From Camelus dromedarius (Eukaryota): DNA of 64,000 bases. The translations under genes and the position numbers were made by a program. Location: contig NC_087447.1 in assembly GCF_036321535.1 (NCBI RefSeq), positions 44,950,001-45,014,000 of the forward strand, given 5' to 3'. Under the pieces are notes generated by a model. The model ran no database searches. It was given only the letters and a program-made list of their open reading frames with translations, and had not been told where the DNA came from. Shown one piece after another: positions 37,208-49,560 of the stretch. Every line of letters begins with the position of its first letter. Within the stretch, counting starts at the first letter, position 1.

Positions 37208-38173
37208 CTATGCATTGTTGTCCTTGATATTTAGCTTAAGAACCTTATAGAAGCCCTGTCTGAGCTCCTTGTTCTTGAGGGCATAGACCATGGGGTTGAG
37301 AGCAGGAGGAATGACATTATGCAGTACATTGAGTAGAACTGGAACAAGTGGAACAGTCATTGCTGCAGCGTGGGTGATGGAAATGACAATGATGACTGTG
37401 TAGAAGAAAAGGATTAGGATGAGGTGGGAAGTGCAGGTACTTAGAGCTTTTGATGCAGCTTCTGCTGAGTTCAGCTTCAGCACAGAGTGAAGTATCAAAG
37501 CATATGATAAAACGATGACACCCAAGTCACTTCCCATGAGTGTCCAGGCCAGAACTAGCTGGTAGATGCTGTTAATTGTCCGATCATCACAGGATAGGCT
37601 AGTGACTCCAAGATTAGAGCACAGACAGTGCTCAATTTGGTTCTGGGAGCAGTAGTGTCTCTGAGCAGCCAGCACAGGCACCAGGGTGGTAGACAAGCTG
37701 TTTCTGAGTGCCATGAACACAGTTGATTTGACCACAAAAGATTCAGTGATTATTGATGGATAATGTAGTGGTCGACAAATGGCTACATATCTATCTATAG
37801 CCATGCAGACAAAGATGCCTGACTCCATGCCCACAAAACAATGTATGACATACATCTGCACAAAGCACTCAGGGAGACTGATGGCCTTAGCACTGAACCA
37901 TAAGATGGCTAGTATCTTGGGCATGATGGTTGTAGTGAGGCCCATGTCTACCACAGCTAGGATGCCTAGGAAATGGTACATAGGCTGGTGCAGTGTTGCC
38001 TCCTGATAGATGATGATCAGGATAAGGATGTTGGCGCTGAGAGCTAAAAGGTAGAGCAGAGCCAGGGGCAGGGAGAGCCAGTGTTGCCAGCTGTGAATGC
38101 CTGGGAACCCCATCAAGATAAACTCAGAGACTTGAAACTTTGAGCTGTTGGAATCTCTGAGATCCTGGAGCAT
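37208..38173 (-). CDS. OR56B2: Olfactory receptor family 56 subfamily B, OR56B2-like (321 aa), intact
   Basis: NSS sequon, [34 protein letters not shown] (OR56B signature), [18 protein letters not shown]. Position between OR52N4 and OR52N5 fits OR56B2 as I recall human synteny. Acceptor lies 6 nt upstream of the ATG. Confidence 0.88.
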   Translation of the reverse strand: MLQDLRDSNSSKFQVSEFILMGFPGIHSWQHWLSLPLALLYLLALSANILILIIIYQEATLHQPMYHFLGILAVVDMGLTTTIMPKILAILWFSAKAISLPECFVQMYVIHCFVGMESGIFVCMAIDRYVAICRPLHYPSIITESFVVKSTVFMALRNSLSTTLVPVLAAQRHYCSQNQIEHCLCSNLGVTSLSCDDRTINSIYQLVLAWTLMGSDLGVIVLSYALILHSVLKLNSAEAASKALSTCTSHLILILFFYTVIIVISITHAAAMTVPLVPVLLNVLHNVIPPALNPMVYALKNKELRQGFYKVLKLNIKDNNA

Positions 38174-39299
38174 CCTTCACTAAGAGGAAAAATATTCAAG
38201 GTTACTATTCTTAATAAACTCACTGACAGTGGTGGAAAAGGAGTATCCAGATTAATGATATTGAAAGTAGGGGAAACCATCATCTTTATTACTCTCATCG
38301 CAGCACTAACATTTGTTGGACATTTCTAATGAAATAGGAACTGTGATAACACTTCTGTTTGTTAACTCAGTTAATCATCTCAAGAACTCCATAAGGTGGT
38401 CATATTAAAGGAGAAGGACATGAGAGAAAATTAAGGCCTTGATCATTATCTTCCATCTTGTAAGTCATGGAACTGGACAAGAAGAGAGCTATTTGATATC
38501 ACAGCCTGGTTCTTAAGTTTGAGTTTGCTAATGGGTTGTTTTCTTTAGAGACCAAATGTATAGACTCAGAGTAGTGGTTTTTAGGCATGCAGTCATTTTA
38601 GGTAATAGATTATAGAATATATTTTTCTATATATATATAAAGTCCTATTCAAGGACTTTAGAATTCATGAAGTACTCCAAAATATCATTTAATTTGTATT
38701 AAAATATCTGAGGTCAGATAGTATATCCATTTTATAGTCCAGAAAGTGATGTGTGAAATGGTAGTGTTTGTGTAAAGCCAAGAAATAAATTTAATCCTGA
38801 CTTCTAAAATTATTAAGCTGTCATAGTAACCTAGAAGGATACTGTATAAAACAAAAGCTGTGGTGTCTATGGGTTTGCATTTTAACACCCAAACCTGACC
38901 AGGAGAATGTTCTTGAACATGATGTATTGGGTACTGATAGTGAGATTACTTTATCAACTTAGCAATGAAATAGCTTCAACCTTACAAAAAAGTGCAATTA
39001 GAAATATTGCTTCTAACTGTCCAAGGAAGGAACAAAGATATATACCAATGCCTAAATCATTGTCAATATACGTATCTCCCACAGAAACCAAGCATGTTAT
39101 ATTTTCCATTTATGCCACCAGTTTATCCTGAGAACTTGATACTTAATAGGCACTCAGTATATATATATTTAAATGAGCAAACATTGAAGGAGGATTAAGC
39201 AGTTTACATGTCCATGATTTTTGTATTATTCATGAGGAGCTTAGAGCTACTGACAGACAAGTATGTTAAAAATGTAAAAGAATGATGGTGGGAGTGGGG

Positions 39300-41000
39300 G
39301 CAGAAATAATCATTTCAAAAAATAAAGAGAAGAAATAAAGAATATTTTATTAAAGTCAAAATCAAGTAAATAAAATCACGAGTATCCGAAAACATGAAAA
39401 AGACAATTCATACATATCTGTAAACACAATAATTATATTGTTGATTAAAATAGGAATTCTCAGAATAAATTTTTAAAAACTATTTAGTATCTATTTTAAA
39501 AACACTTAATATATAAAATTTGAAAAAAATGAATAGAATAAATCAGATATTCCTACTGAGGCAAAACAATTTAATAATATCAATATCAAATATTTATAAA
39601 GCATCAATTCAATTAGAAAAGATAATTATACAATGATGAAAGGAACCATTAATAGGATAATAAAATATCTGTGACTTACCTGAACCTTAACACAAACTTT
39701 TACCCTGAAAGAAATTCAAGTAGAGAATTACAAATTCAAAGTTGTGGTAAAAATGTTTAAAATATATTTCTTGAAATATATTTCTTGAACATATAAACAA
39801 AAATTATATAGTAATTACATATATTATATATAGTATAATTATAAAAATAATATAATAATTATATAGATTTGACAGCACTATTAACAATTTTGTACCAAAT
39901 AATTTATATTTAAACCCATATGCAAAAAATAAGATTACAGAACATTTTAAGCATACAGGTATGTATATCAGGCAAGTTCTAATCAGAAGTGAGAAGAAAA
40001 AATAAATATAATAGATATCATAAAGCAAAATAAAAAACAACATTAATAACCATAAAAGAAAAAAAGAAATGCATATATTTGGATTTAGTAATTAATTCAA
40101 AATGATGACTGGATCAAATATAAAATAATAACAAAAATCACAAAAGGTAAAGAATAGAAAACAACAAGAAACTTAAAAGTTTAGGGATATGGTTAAGTGA
40201 TATTTAATAAATCTATAACATTAAATGCATATATTGCGAACAAAAACATGTTTATGGATTAGTATACTAATCACTTGATGCAAGAATTATAATAACTACC
40301 TTCAGGTTGAACGAAGAAAACAGAATAAAAAATAAGACAATAATGTAATGGAAAACATATTAGGAATTCTCTGAAAATGAAACTTTATTTAAAGGGAGTC
40401 TTAAAATAGACAAAACCTAAGAAAGTATTCAACGGAAAACAGAAATAAAAAAATTGAGACTTGGCATGTAAAAAAGTTATTTAAAAATACTGAAGAGTAT
40501 AATGAGTTATTTTAGGATTCAAAATTGAACATTTAGAGACGATATAGTATTTTAAAGTGTGTACAAAGCAGACTAATAAATTTAAACAGAAGTTGGAAAT
40601 ATACACACTACCAGAAAAGTTTGCCAGAGAATTTAAGATATAACTTTCAAATTATACCTTAAAGGGTAATCTACTTCTTGAGAGCTGTAATTACTCTCCT
40701 GTGTATGTTATTTAAGAAATCACAAAAAAGAGGAAAACTTTCCATCTACCAAACTAAGATAATTTCAAACTGAAAAATGTATTTCAAAAATAAATATTTT
40801 AGGACTGTTTTGATTTTAAATTTAAAATATTAGCAAATCTAATTATCAAGCTTATAAAAATCAATATATCATGCATGACCATGTATGATTTAGCATTAGA
40901 AAAATATTCGTTGTAATTAGCTACATTTAAAAAATAAGGTAAAATGCAAATATGGGACTAGGAGGTATATGGGATATCTTGGACCCTTTCACTCATTTTT
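39300..41000 (+). mobile_element. Highly degenerate ancient L1 ORF2 remnant
   Basis: A-rich sequence with L1 ORF2-like phrases and many stops. Confidence 0.45.
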
Positions 41001-41014
41001 CATGTGTATAGTAA

Positions 41015-41600
41015 AACAGACATAACAAAATTTATTATCTTAACAATTTTTAAGAGTACAGTTCAATGACATTAGATACACTCACATTGTACAACTATCA
41101 CCACCATCCATCCCCATTACTCTTTTTATCTTGTAAAACTGTAACTGTATACTGTTAAACAGGAATTCTCCATTCTTTCCTCCCTCAATCCCCTGGCAAT
41201 CACCATAACACTCTGTCTTTACAGTTTTGATCACTCTAATCTCATATGAATGGAATCATAAAGTATTTGTTTTTTTGTGACCAGCTCATTTCACTTAGTG
41301 TAATGTCCTCAAGTTTCATCCTTGCTGTAGCACATAGCAGAATTCCCTCCCTTTTTAAGGCCAAATAATATTCCTGTGTGTATGTGTATGTGTGTGTGCA
41401 TGCCACATTTTTCTTATCCAGTCATTGATGGATGGACACTTGGGTTGCTTCCATGTTTTATTTACTGCAAATAATGTTGCTATAAACGTGGGTGTAGAAA
41501 TATGTCTTCCAGACTGTTTTCAGTCCTTTCTGGTATACACTCAGAAGTGGAATTGCTGCATTACATGGTAATTCTATTTTTAACTTGTTGAGGAATTGCC
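41015..41600 (-). mobile_element. L1MB-like 3' UTR
   Basis: acaatttttaagagtacagttcaatgacattag..., ctcatatgaatggaatcat..., tcagaagtggaattgctg. Confidence 0.85.
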
Positions 41601-42858
41601 TTCTGTTCAATTTTGCTGTGATTCTCAGTTGCTCTAAAATATAGAGTGTATTAAAGTATTTTTAAAAATAAAAAGGAAAAGAATATAGTTAAGATAAATC
41701 AAAGAAGCATTTGATTTTATCTATTTATAGTTAAAAATAAATTTAAACCAGGCAAAAAGGAAACTTTTGTAATAAGTATTATAAAATAAAATTCAAAAAG
41801 TACTTATTTAATGACCAAGACAGGGGTGACCACCATCTCAATTTCTGTTCAATGTAATGGAGATCCAAAAGTTAATGGATTAGTAAGGAAATAAAAAAAT
41901 AAGACTCACAGGTTAGCTAATGTAATGACCTAGATGGAAATATCAGAAAACTTCAAGACAGACATTTTATAACATGAAATTTCTTGGAAGAAAACTGTGC
42001 TGTATTCTTTCAGGACTGTGTTTATTTATCCACTGATTTGTGCTAAATATTACTACATATTATCGGATGTTTAAGAAAATGTATCTTCTCAATTACTGTA
42101 AGTTTCCCATTGAAACCACACACTTGAATGTGTTATTCTTAGAGTTCAGCAAAAACTCAAATATTTTGGATGAAAACACAGCTCTCTGTGGCCCCATGAA
42201 CTTGAAAAACTACCTTAGCCTCTAGGATTCTCTGTTCTATAAAATAAGATGATTTGTTTCTAGCTCCTGGGGTTGGATTACGAATTCAATTCTATTAAAA
42301 TGCTTAGTTAAAATCCTTGCAATATAGGAGGAGAATTAATATTTATTTGGTCAGTTTGAATAAGGTTCTAGATGTCTGTTTCCTCAGTCAGGACAGTAGC
42401 CACTCAGGCCTGATACCGTGAGATTGCTTTGGAGTGAGAAAGCTAAGAAAAATACGTGCACAAACATCTATAGAAACTAAGTGGGGCTGGAAAATGATGA
42501 CTTCTGACACAGCCAGCTAAAACTAGGGCTTGGAAGATTTTGTGGAGAATTATAAATATACAAAGTATCTAATAAAATTAACAAAACAATGAATATGATT
42601 CTAAAGAATACTGGTACTAATATACTTTACTTTTAATATATATTAGAGCATAGTGATTATGGAAAATTCTAATATTGTGACATATCAAAGTCAATACATT
42701 TTCCAATATTTAGGTTAATTTCACACAAAGTGCACTTCATGATTTCTATGGAGACATTGGGAAATTATTATGCAGTCCATCTCTTCTACCAGGCAACCCC
42801 AAATCTCTGCAGAAGATTAAAAGATTAGCTCTGGCCCCAATTATGTACTTACTGTGGG

Positions 42859-42915
42859 GGTACTGTACTCAATTCGTCTTAAGTAGGAGGTACTGTACTC
42901 AACTTGTCTTGAGTA
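42859..42915. repeat. Two-copy 30-bp tandem repeat
   Basis: ggtactgtactcaattcgtcttaagta / ggtactgtactcaacttgtcttgagta. Confidence 0.85.
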
Positions 42916-44066
42916 TAGTTGAATTTCAGTATACTCAGAGCTGGCTTACAGCTGTTGCAGATGAATTCTAAGATCTTATGACCAGTGGAGATAATCTCAG
43001 GGGCCTGCTGTGGTGGGAAAAAAGCCAGTTCCTTAAAGTTTTAAAACCCATGTCAGCCTGACATAATCAAACCCAGGAGGATGTTGTAGTTAGGGACAAG
43101 TATTAACATCTTGTCATTTAGCTAACATTCTAATTTGAGTTCCATAGAGCTAACTTACTTTTATTAAAACAGGCATAAATGTGCTTAAAGTCTATGTTTT
43201 AGAATAGTTTTCTTTTTAAAGAATGCTTTTTGCTTTTTTTTTTTGAAGGAAAAGCAGAATATAAAATCTCTTTCTCCTTATATGTATATTTTAAAGTTTT
43301 GTATATACAGAAATTGCAGAGGGATTTCCTCTCAATTTGTGTCTCTAGGAGTTGTCCAATTTTGAAAAAGGAAGGGCCTCCAAAAATAATTGGTTTGGTG
43401 AGCTCTAGATATCAAATAATATTAAAGTGAATTATAAACCACCTGAAAATAGACTTGGAATTCCTGCATCATGTTGTACTTGGCCTGGGTCGTCTGAACT
43501 CTGTCACTCAAAGCGAGGGAAGACTATGTGCTTGGCTCTCTGATAGGCCGCCGAGTAGCTGATTCTCTCTGCGTAACCCTAGGAAGAGTTTTTAGGGTGA
43601 GTTCACTCAGTCAGCTCAGTCCTACCCTTAACCCACTTAGACAGACATACACAATTCAGAGAAGCACACTTTTTTATATATGTCTTTTTCATACGGTTCT
43701 ATATCTATTACAGTAAAAACAATTTAAAAAAGGAAAAGGAAAAAAAACCTGACTTAATAAAAGATATATACAGAAAAGCCCGCCTTGTATCATATTCAAC
43801 AGGGAGTGTCAGACCCGATCCTATTCACATCAAGAACAAGTCAAAGATACCCAATGTCAGCCCATTACACTGTTGATTGTGGAAAGTGGGGAAAACATGA
43901 AATTTTAATGCTTCTACAGTCAAAAAAATGTATTTCAAGAGAGCAGGGATAAATGAATTACATTAAATATTTCTGAGAGGTGATGTTGGATGAGAATGGA
44001 GAGTAACCTATTCAATTTAAGGTGGAAGGCAATGATGAAGTTACTAAAAGTAATTCCAGTTGATGG

Positions 44067-44562
44067 TGTGAATGAAAAAACTGCAAACCTATCAGTAAAC
44101 AAAGAAAGCTGAAACCATCAAGTCCTCAGGCGCTGCTGCCACCCCCCAGTGAAGACAAGCCTGCAGCCTGGCCTCTGAAACTGCTCACAATGGTGCACTC
44201 TGAGAGGACTCAGAATAATAAAGGACAAGATACTGGCCCTAGATAGCTGGGTGCTTGTCAAAGGAATGAATTCAATGAGCCCAAATGTTTGCTTCCTCCC
44301 ATACATAGAAAAGCGCTAAATTCTTTAACTTGAGATGCCGGGTTTTCCTTAGACAACAAGTAATCTTTTATTGTTCCAACTACCTGGTCTTTGTTGTAAA
44401 GCTCTTACGTGTCCTAGCTCCTCCCCTACCTCTTCGGAGCAGTCCCTCAGAGCCAACTGAGAGGCTGTCATCCCAGGCTCAAAGGGGTTCAAGTCCTCAG
44501 ATATGTCCACCAAATAAAACATAACTCTCGACTTTTAGGCTGTGCATTTATTTCAGTCGACA
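44067..44562 (+). mobile_element. Solo ERV1-class LTR (496 bp) with 4-bp TSD ATGG
   Basis: TG...CA termini with imperfect inverted ends (tgtgaatgaaaaaa / tttatttcagtcgaca). ATGG at 44063-44066 and 44563-44566. AATAAA at 44513. Confidence 0.85.
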
Positions 44563-45797
44563 ATGGGTAGGAAAGATGAGCTACAGGGAGAGTGGTTTTG
44601 TTTCCAGAGAGAGGGAAAGTGAATGTTGACAATTTGTTGTGGAAGACTTGCTCTTAAAGTGAGAAGAGAAAAGTTGATAATTAATTTCACAGATATTAAT
44701 CATAATTTGAGGGAAGGGGTGGTTTTCTTGGTATGACTTAAAAATGGGAGTAGAAGAGGGAAATGGCATAATTACGTAAAACTTAGTGAGTACACGTAAA
44801 TTGAATTGGGGGAAGAAATGTGTATTCTTATTAGTTGTATAGGGAGGTATTAGAGTAAATATTTGAATTTCTCTATATTCAATTTAATTTGTATTATTTC
44901 TGTAGTATTAATGTGAAATTACTATTTTCTTTGGTCTATTCCCTAATTATTAATTTGTAAAAACCTTAAAATTTAGGAGAATGTAGATTTCATTTCTTGA
45001 GTTTCATTCTCAAGTGGAAAGAAGACAAAAATAATATTTATCATATGTTTCTTAATTTGGTTAACAGATTTTTCTGTCCTAAAAGGTTATGTCATTTCAA
45101 GGTCATCTTGAAAAGAACTGCATATCCTACTTGTCTGTAGGGAAGCAGTTTTATTTGAGACACAGGGAGAGATGTGGTCAGGTGAGTAACTTATTTCCAA
45201 ATTAAAAATCCAGAGACTGTGACCTCATTAAACTAAGGGCTTTATGGATATTTCATAGTTTTTCCATAAGGAAGACAACATTGAGGAAATAGAGGAATTT
45301 AGGTAATGATGAGAAAAATATAGCATTTATTTTGCAAAGGAATGTGACAATATCTTTTACACTGGAAATTCCAGTCGCTAGTTGGACATAGGTCACACTG
45401 GAATCTGGTTGTAGATTATCTCCTTCCATTAGGCATTCATTGCAGCTGATTTTATTTCCCTCAATTATATTGGCACCCTATTATGTTTTTATTCATGGAA
45501 ACATTGGTTAATAATGAAACCAGACCTTCACAAGGTGAGGAGATGAAAAACTCTTATAAAGGGTTGTGAACGTGACACTTATGTTGAGATTCTGAAGACA
45601 CTTACTGGGATTGCAGCATTCAACACCAACCCATGTCAAGGCCAAAATAGTGCTCTCAGAAAGGCATTATTTGACTCTGACTACACCTCCAATAGAAATA
45701 TCCCTTTCCTTCTATTTCCTCCCCTGGCATCCCTTCATGCTCCTTGTTCCTTCTCTTTCTTCTTCACGTCTCTTCCCTTCTCTGACAAATATCCTTT

Positions 45798-46760
45798 TCA
45801 TATACTATGGGATTTAGTATCCTTAGAACCTGAAAAGATCTTTATGACACAATCTTGTATCTGCTTGGTTTTCACCCCATGGACAATGGGGTTCATAGTG
45901 GGAGGCAGGAGCAGATAAATATTGGCCACAATGATGTGGCAAGATGGAGGAATCAAGTGACCCCCAAAGCGGTGGGAAAAGAAACAGAAGAAGGCTGGGC
46001 TATAGGAGAAAACTATGGCACAAATGTGGGCAGTGCAGGTGCTGAAGGCCTTCCGCCAAGCTTCTGCTGAGAAGAGGCTGACCACTGCCCAGAGGATCAT
46101 GGTGTAGGAGATTGTGATGCACAAGATGTCAAAGCCCCCAACCAGAAGGGCAACCATCAGACCATAGATAACATTGATCTTGATATTTCCACAGGACAAC
46201 TTGGCTACAGACAAATGGTCGCAGTAGATATGGTGTATTATATTGCCTCTACAATAAGGTAGTTGCTTAATAATGAAAGTCAAGGGAATGACAAGCAACA
46301 CACCTCTCAAGAAAGTGGCAAGCCCAGCCTTTGCAATGACAGGATTGGTGAGGATAGTTGAGTAGCGCAGAGGATAACAGATAGCCACATAGCGGTCCAA
46401 GGCCATAAGCATGAGTACTCCAGATTCCATGCCTGTGAAGGTATAGATGAAGAACATCTGGAACAGGCATTCTTCAAAGCTGATTTCCTTGAGGTGAAAC
46501 CAGAAGATGCAGAGAGCTTTAGGGATTGTACTAGAGCACATGACAAGGTCAGTGAGAGAAAGCATGGCCAAGAAGTAGTACCTGGACCTGTGCAAGGAAT
46601 CCTCATAGCGAATGAGGTAGAGGAGTCCACAGTTCCCTACCACAGCCACAGCATACATGGAGCAGAATGGGAGGGACATCCACATGTGCATGTCCTCCAG
46701 CCCTGGGATCCCATTAAGAATGAATGAAGCTGGTGTCAGGTCTGTTTGGTTCAGCATCAT
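45798..46760 (-). CDS. OR52N4-like paralog A (320 aa from ATG 46760). The ORF track's extension to 46922 is intron/UTR. Several motif lesions
   Basis: MMLNQTDLTPASFILNG...SGSKDTKSHSI is OR52N4-type. PMY->SRY and NPIVY->NPIVH. Strong acceptor (T-run...ctAG) at 46834. Confidence 0.88.
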   Translation of the reverse strand: MMLNQTDLTPASFILNGIPGLEDMHMWMSLPFCSMYAVAVVGNCGLLYLIRYEDSLHRSRYYFLAMLSLTDLVMCSSTIPKALCIFWFHLKEISFEECLFQMFFIYTFTGMESGVLMLMALDRYVAICYPLRYSTILTNPVIAKAGLATFLRGVLLVIPLTFIIKQLPYCRGNIIHHIYCDHLSVAKLSCGNIKINVIYGLMVALLVGGFDILCITISYTMILWAVVSLFSAEAWRKAFSTCTAHICAIVFSYSPAFFCFFSHRFGGHLIPPSCHIIVANIYLLLPPTMNPIVHGVKTKQIQDCVIKIFSGSKDTKSHSI

Positions 46761-47309
46761 TATGACCAGGCTGGTATAATCATTGAGCAACTTATAGGAC
46801 TTTTGTGAGTTTTTGTTTTCTGGTTCTCCAGGACTAGAGAAAAAAAAAAGAAAAATTTTAGTTGTGCTCTCTCTCACACTCTCTGTTTTTCTCTCTCTGT
46901 CAAATAGGCACTTTAATATCAAATAACCAAACGTATTTGACAGGATGCTTACTTAAAAAGTTAAAACCGAGTATGTATTTTTTGTTAGTTCATTAATGTA
47001 TGAATTCATTCAAAAAACTCACATTTAGCACTTACTATGTCCCAAGTTCTATAATGTATGTTGTTTCCTCATCATTTTGAAACAAAATGACATACATTAA
47101 ACTCTCATAACTTTATAATAAAAGGTAATTATATTGTGATCTTCTTAATGAGATTTTTGTTTGAATGTTTTATTTAAATGTTAATTGCTATACACATCTC
47201 CCTTTGAGTGTTTTCTTAAGACAAAGTTTGTAGATCACCTCTCCAATGACTTAACAAACAAGATAAGGATGTTTTATAGTTGTTATTACCTTTAATGGGT
47301 CATATTTCT

Positions 47310-47430
47310 GCTATACTAAATACTGTTCTATGAATTTTACAAATACTAACTCATTAATCCTCACTACAAGCTCCAGAAGTATTTTTCATTAACCTGCACT
47401 TTAATAATTGAGTAAATGGAGGCACTGTGT
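47310..47430 (-). mobile_element. MIR fragment
   Basis: aactcattaatcctcactacaagctcc...gagtaaatggaggcac. Confidence 0.55.
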
Positions 47431-47639
47431 AGAGGAGGCTTCTTCATGTCTGGGTTGCTGTGCATTCAATACCAAAACTGAGCCTTTTCTGTCCACTTCT
47501 TTGTAATTTATTTTTTCTAAATTTTGACAGAGAACTGTGTGTTAGAAAGAAATAGTACCATTGGATAATGATGCAAATAAAAAATATCCAGCTCCATCAT
47601 TTTGACTGTTGAAGTTCACCTTTCATATTTCAGCTCTCC

Positions 47640-49560
47640 ACTAACATTGATTGACCTTTGAATTTCTAAATAATTTGTCTGCTTGCTTTTTCTTCCTTTT
47701 CCCTTTAAAGTTGTTTCTGAATGACTGATTAGTGTTTAATTTATGTTATCTTACTGCTTGCTAAGTCACATGATATGACAATTATATTTTCTTCCTCATT
47801 TAATATTTTTCCTTTTGATGATAATTTCCTTAGTATTGATGTAGATATGTCAAAAAATTTTAACCAATTTTTAGAATTGAAAAACATTTTTATTGTTATT
47901 TCTTCACAGTTAAACACAATCTATTAATGCTAGTCCTTCCCACACCATCTGTCAGTTTCTGGGAAGTCTCTGAAACACAACTGTTTTCTAGGTTTGATAC
48001 ATAATTCTCATCCAGAAATTCCTCTTCATCTACCGTTTGTGTTACAACACTATTTGTGGATCTAATATTTCTTCTTTCTATATTTCTGACTGCATGGAAA
48101 ATATGTTTCTGAGAGTATCAATGTCTGAATATGGTTTATTCTTTTTATCATTTTGCAGGATCAAAAATTCTAGGTTAACTCTTACTTTCCCTCAGAACTT
48201 TTAAGGCATTTCTCTATTATCTCCTAGATTCCAGTGTTGATATTAAGAGGACCATTCTGATTCTTGATCCTTTGTATATGAGCTATTTTCCCTTTGCATT
48301 TCTTCGTTGTATGTTTTTTGGCTCTGAACTATTTAAGAATATTTAAGAATTTTTCTGCTTTGCAATTTAATGGTCATACTAAATGTGTATGTGTGCCTGT
48401 GTATGTCATTGTGAATACAGTAAGCTTTTTGAGACTGGAAATCTATAATCTTTGCTTTTGGGACATTTTAAAATCAACTTTTGATAATTTCTTTCAAAGT
48501 TTTTTCTTGTTATTTTTCTACAACTCCTTTTACTCAGATATTGGTTCTTCCAAATGTATTCTGTTTTTTTGCCCCTTAAAAATTTTTTTAAGCAAAGAAT
48601 GCTGAAGTGATCCTAAAATCTTATAGCAAAACTTGAGGGAGAAGTAGTATTTCCTTTGAGAGTTTAAAAAACCTTCAAAAATAGCTATATTGATGATCTT
48701 AATGTACTAAGAAAAACAGGGGTAAATCACCTAAGGCAGTATTTTCTGAGTTTAACTACAGAGCTACAAACTCGAGAATATTTTCAAACCATGGTATTTA
48801 GTAATCAAAGAGTGCAGTTTTGTTAGGTATTTGTCAACTAAATGATGGGTAAATCAACTTAAAACATATTTGAGACTCAAAAAGTATTTTTAATTTTAAG
48901 ACCCAAAGAAAATAAATAATATACTTTAATTTATTAAGAAGCAGGAAAAAACCTTCTTTTTTAAGTTGCATCTATTTAACTGATCCACTTTCTAGAAAAG
49001 TTCTTCAATTATGTCTTTCTAATATCTAGTATTTTTGTTTTCTAATATTATAAATTTTGAAGATTTTATTTTCTCTCATTTATTGTGAATATACTATACA
49101 TTTATAAATGCATTTATATACATAATATTTTGTTTCCTGAATATTATTTTCTTAACTTCTAAATTTTAACAATTTATTTTTATAGCTTGCTTTACTTTTT
49201 ATCTTTTATTTTGGAAGTGTCTCTCAACCATCTGGTAACTTTTGAATATTATTTCACAATTAATAGAGTCTTTAGAAAGGAAACTTGAATCTGCTGGTGA
49301 TGAGCGAGTCTCATTGACTGATAGCATTTACTTTGAGGGCTCTTGGAGTAGCCTCTTTGCTTCACTGTAGATGTCCTTAGTTATCAGTTTTATAAGTGTT
49401 TTCTGGGGGACTTCCAATTTTTCCAGAAAAGGATCTACCAGTTTACAAACCAGAGGAAATTATGGCTGGTTGCTAGTGTTCTTAGAGGTGAGAAATGTGG
49501 GGCTCTCACACTTAAATATGAATATTTGATTCAACCCTTACATACTTAACAATACTTTAT
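47640..49560 (-). mobile_element. Ancient L1ME-like fragments
   Basis: ttactttccctcagaacttttaaggcatttctctattatctcctagattccagtgttg...gaccattctgattcttgatcctttgta. Confidence 0.6.

Noticed and set aside
42859-42915. Short direct repeats (also 30720-30765, 39767-39794, 62166-62253) as possible CRISPR or structured arrays
   Set aside because: Only two copies each, no unique spacers, and a mammalian context; these are ordinary local duplications.
46761-46922. 54-aa N-terminal extension of OR52N4A in the ORF track
   Set aside because: It starts at a non-ATG codon and runs through the polypyrimidine tract and splice acceptor, so it is intron plus 5' UTR.
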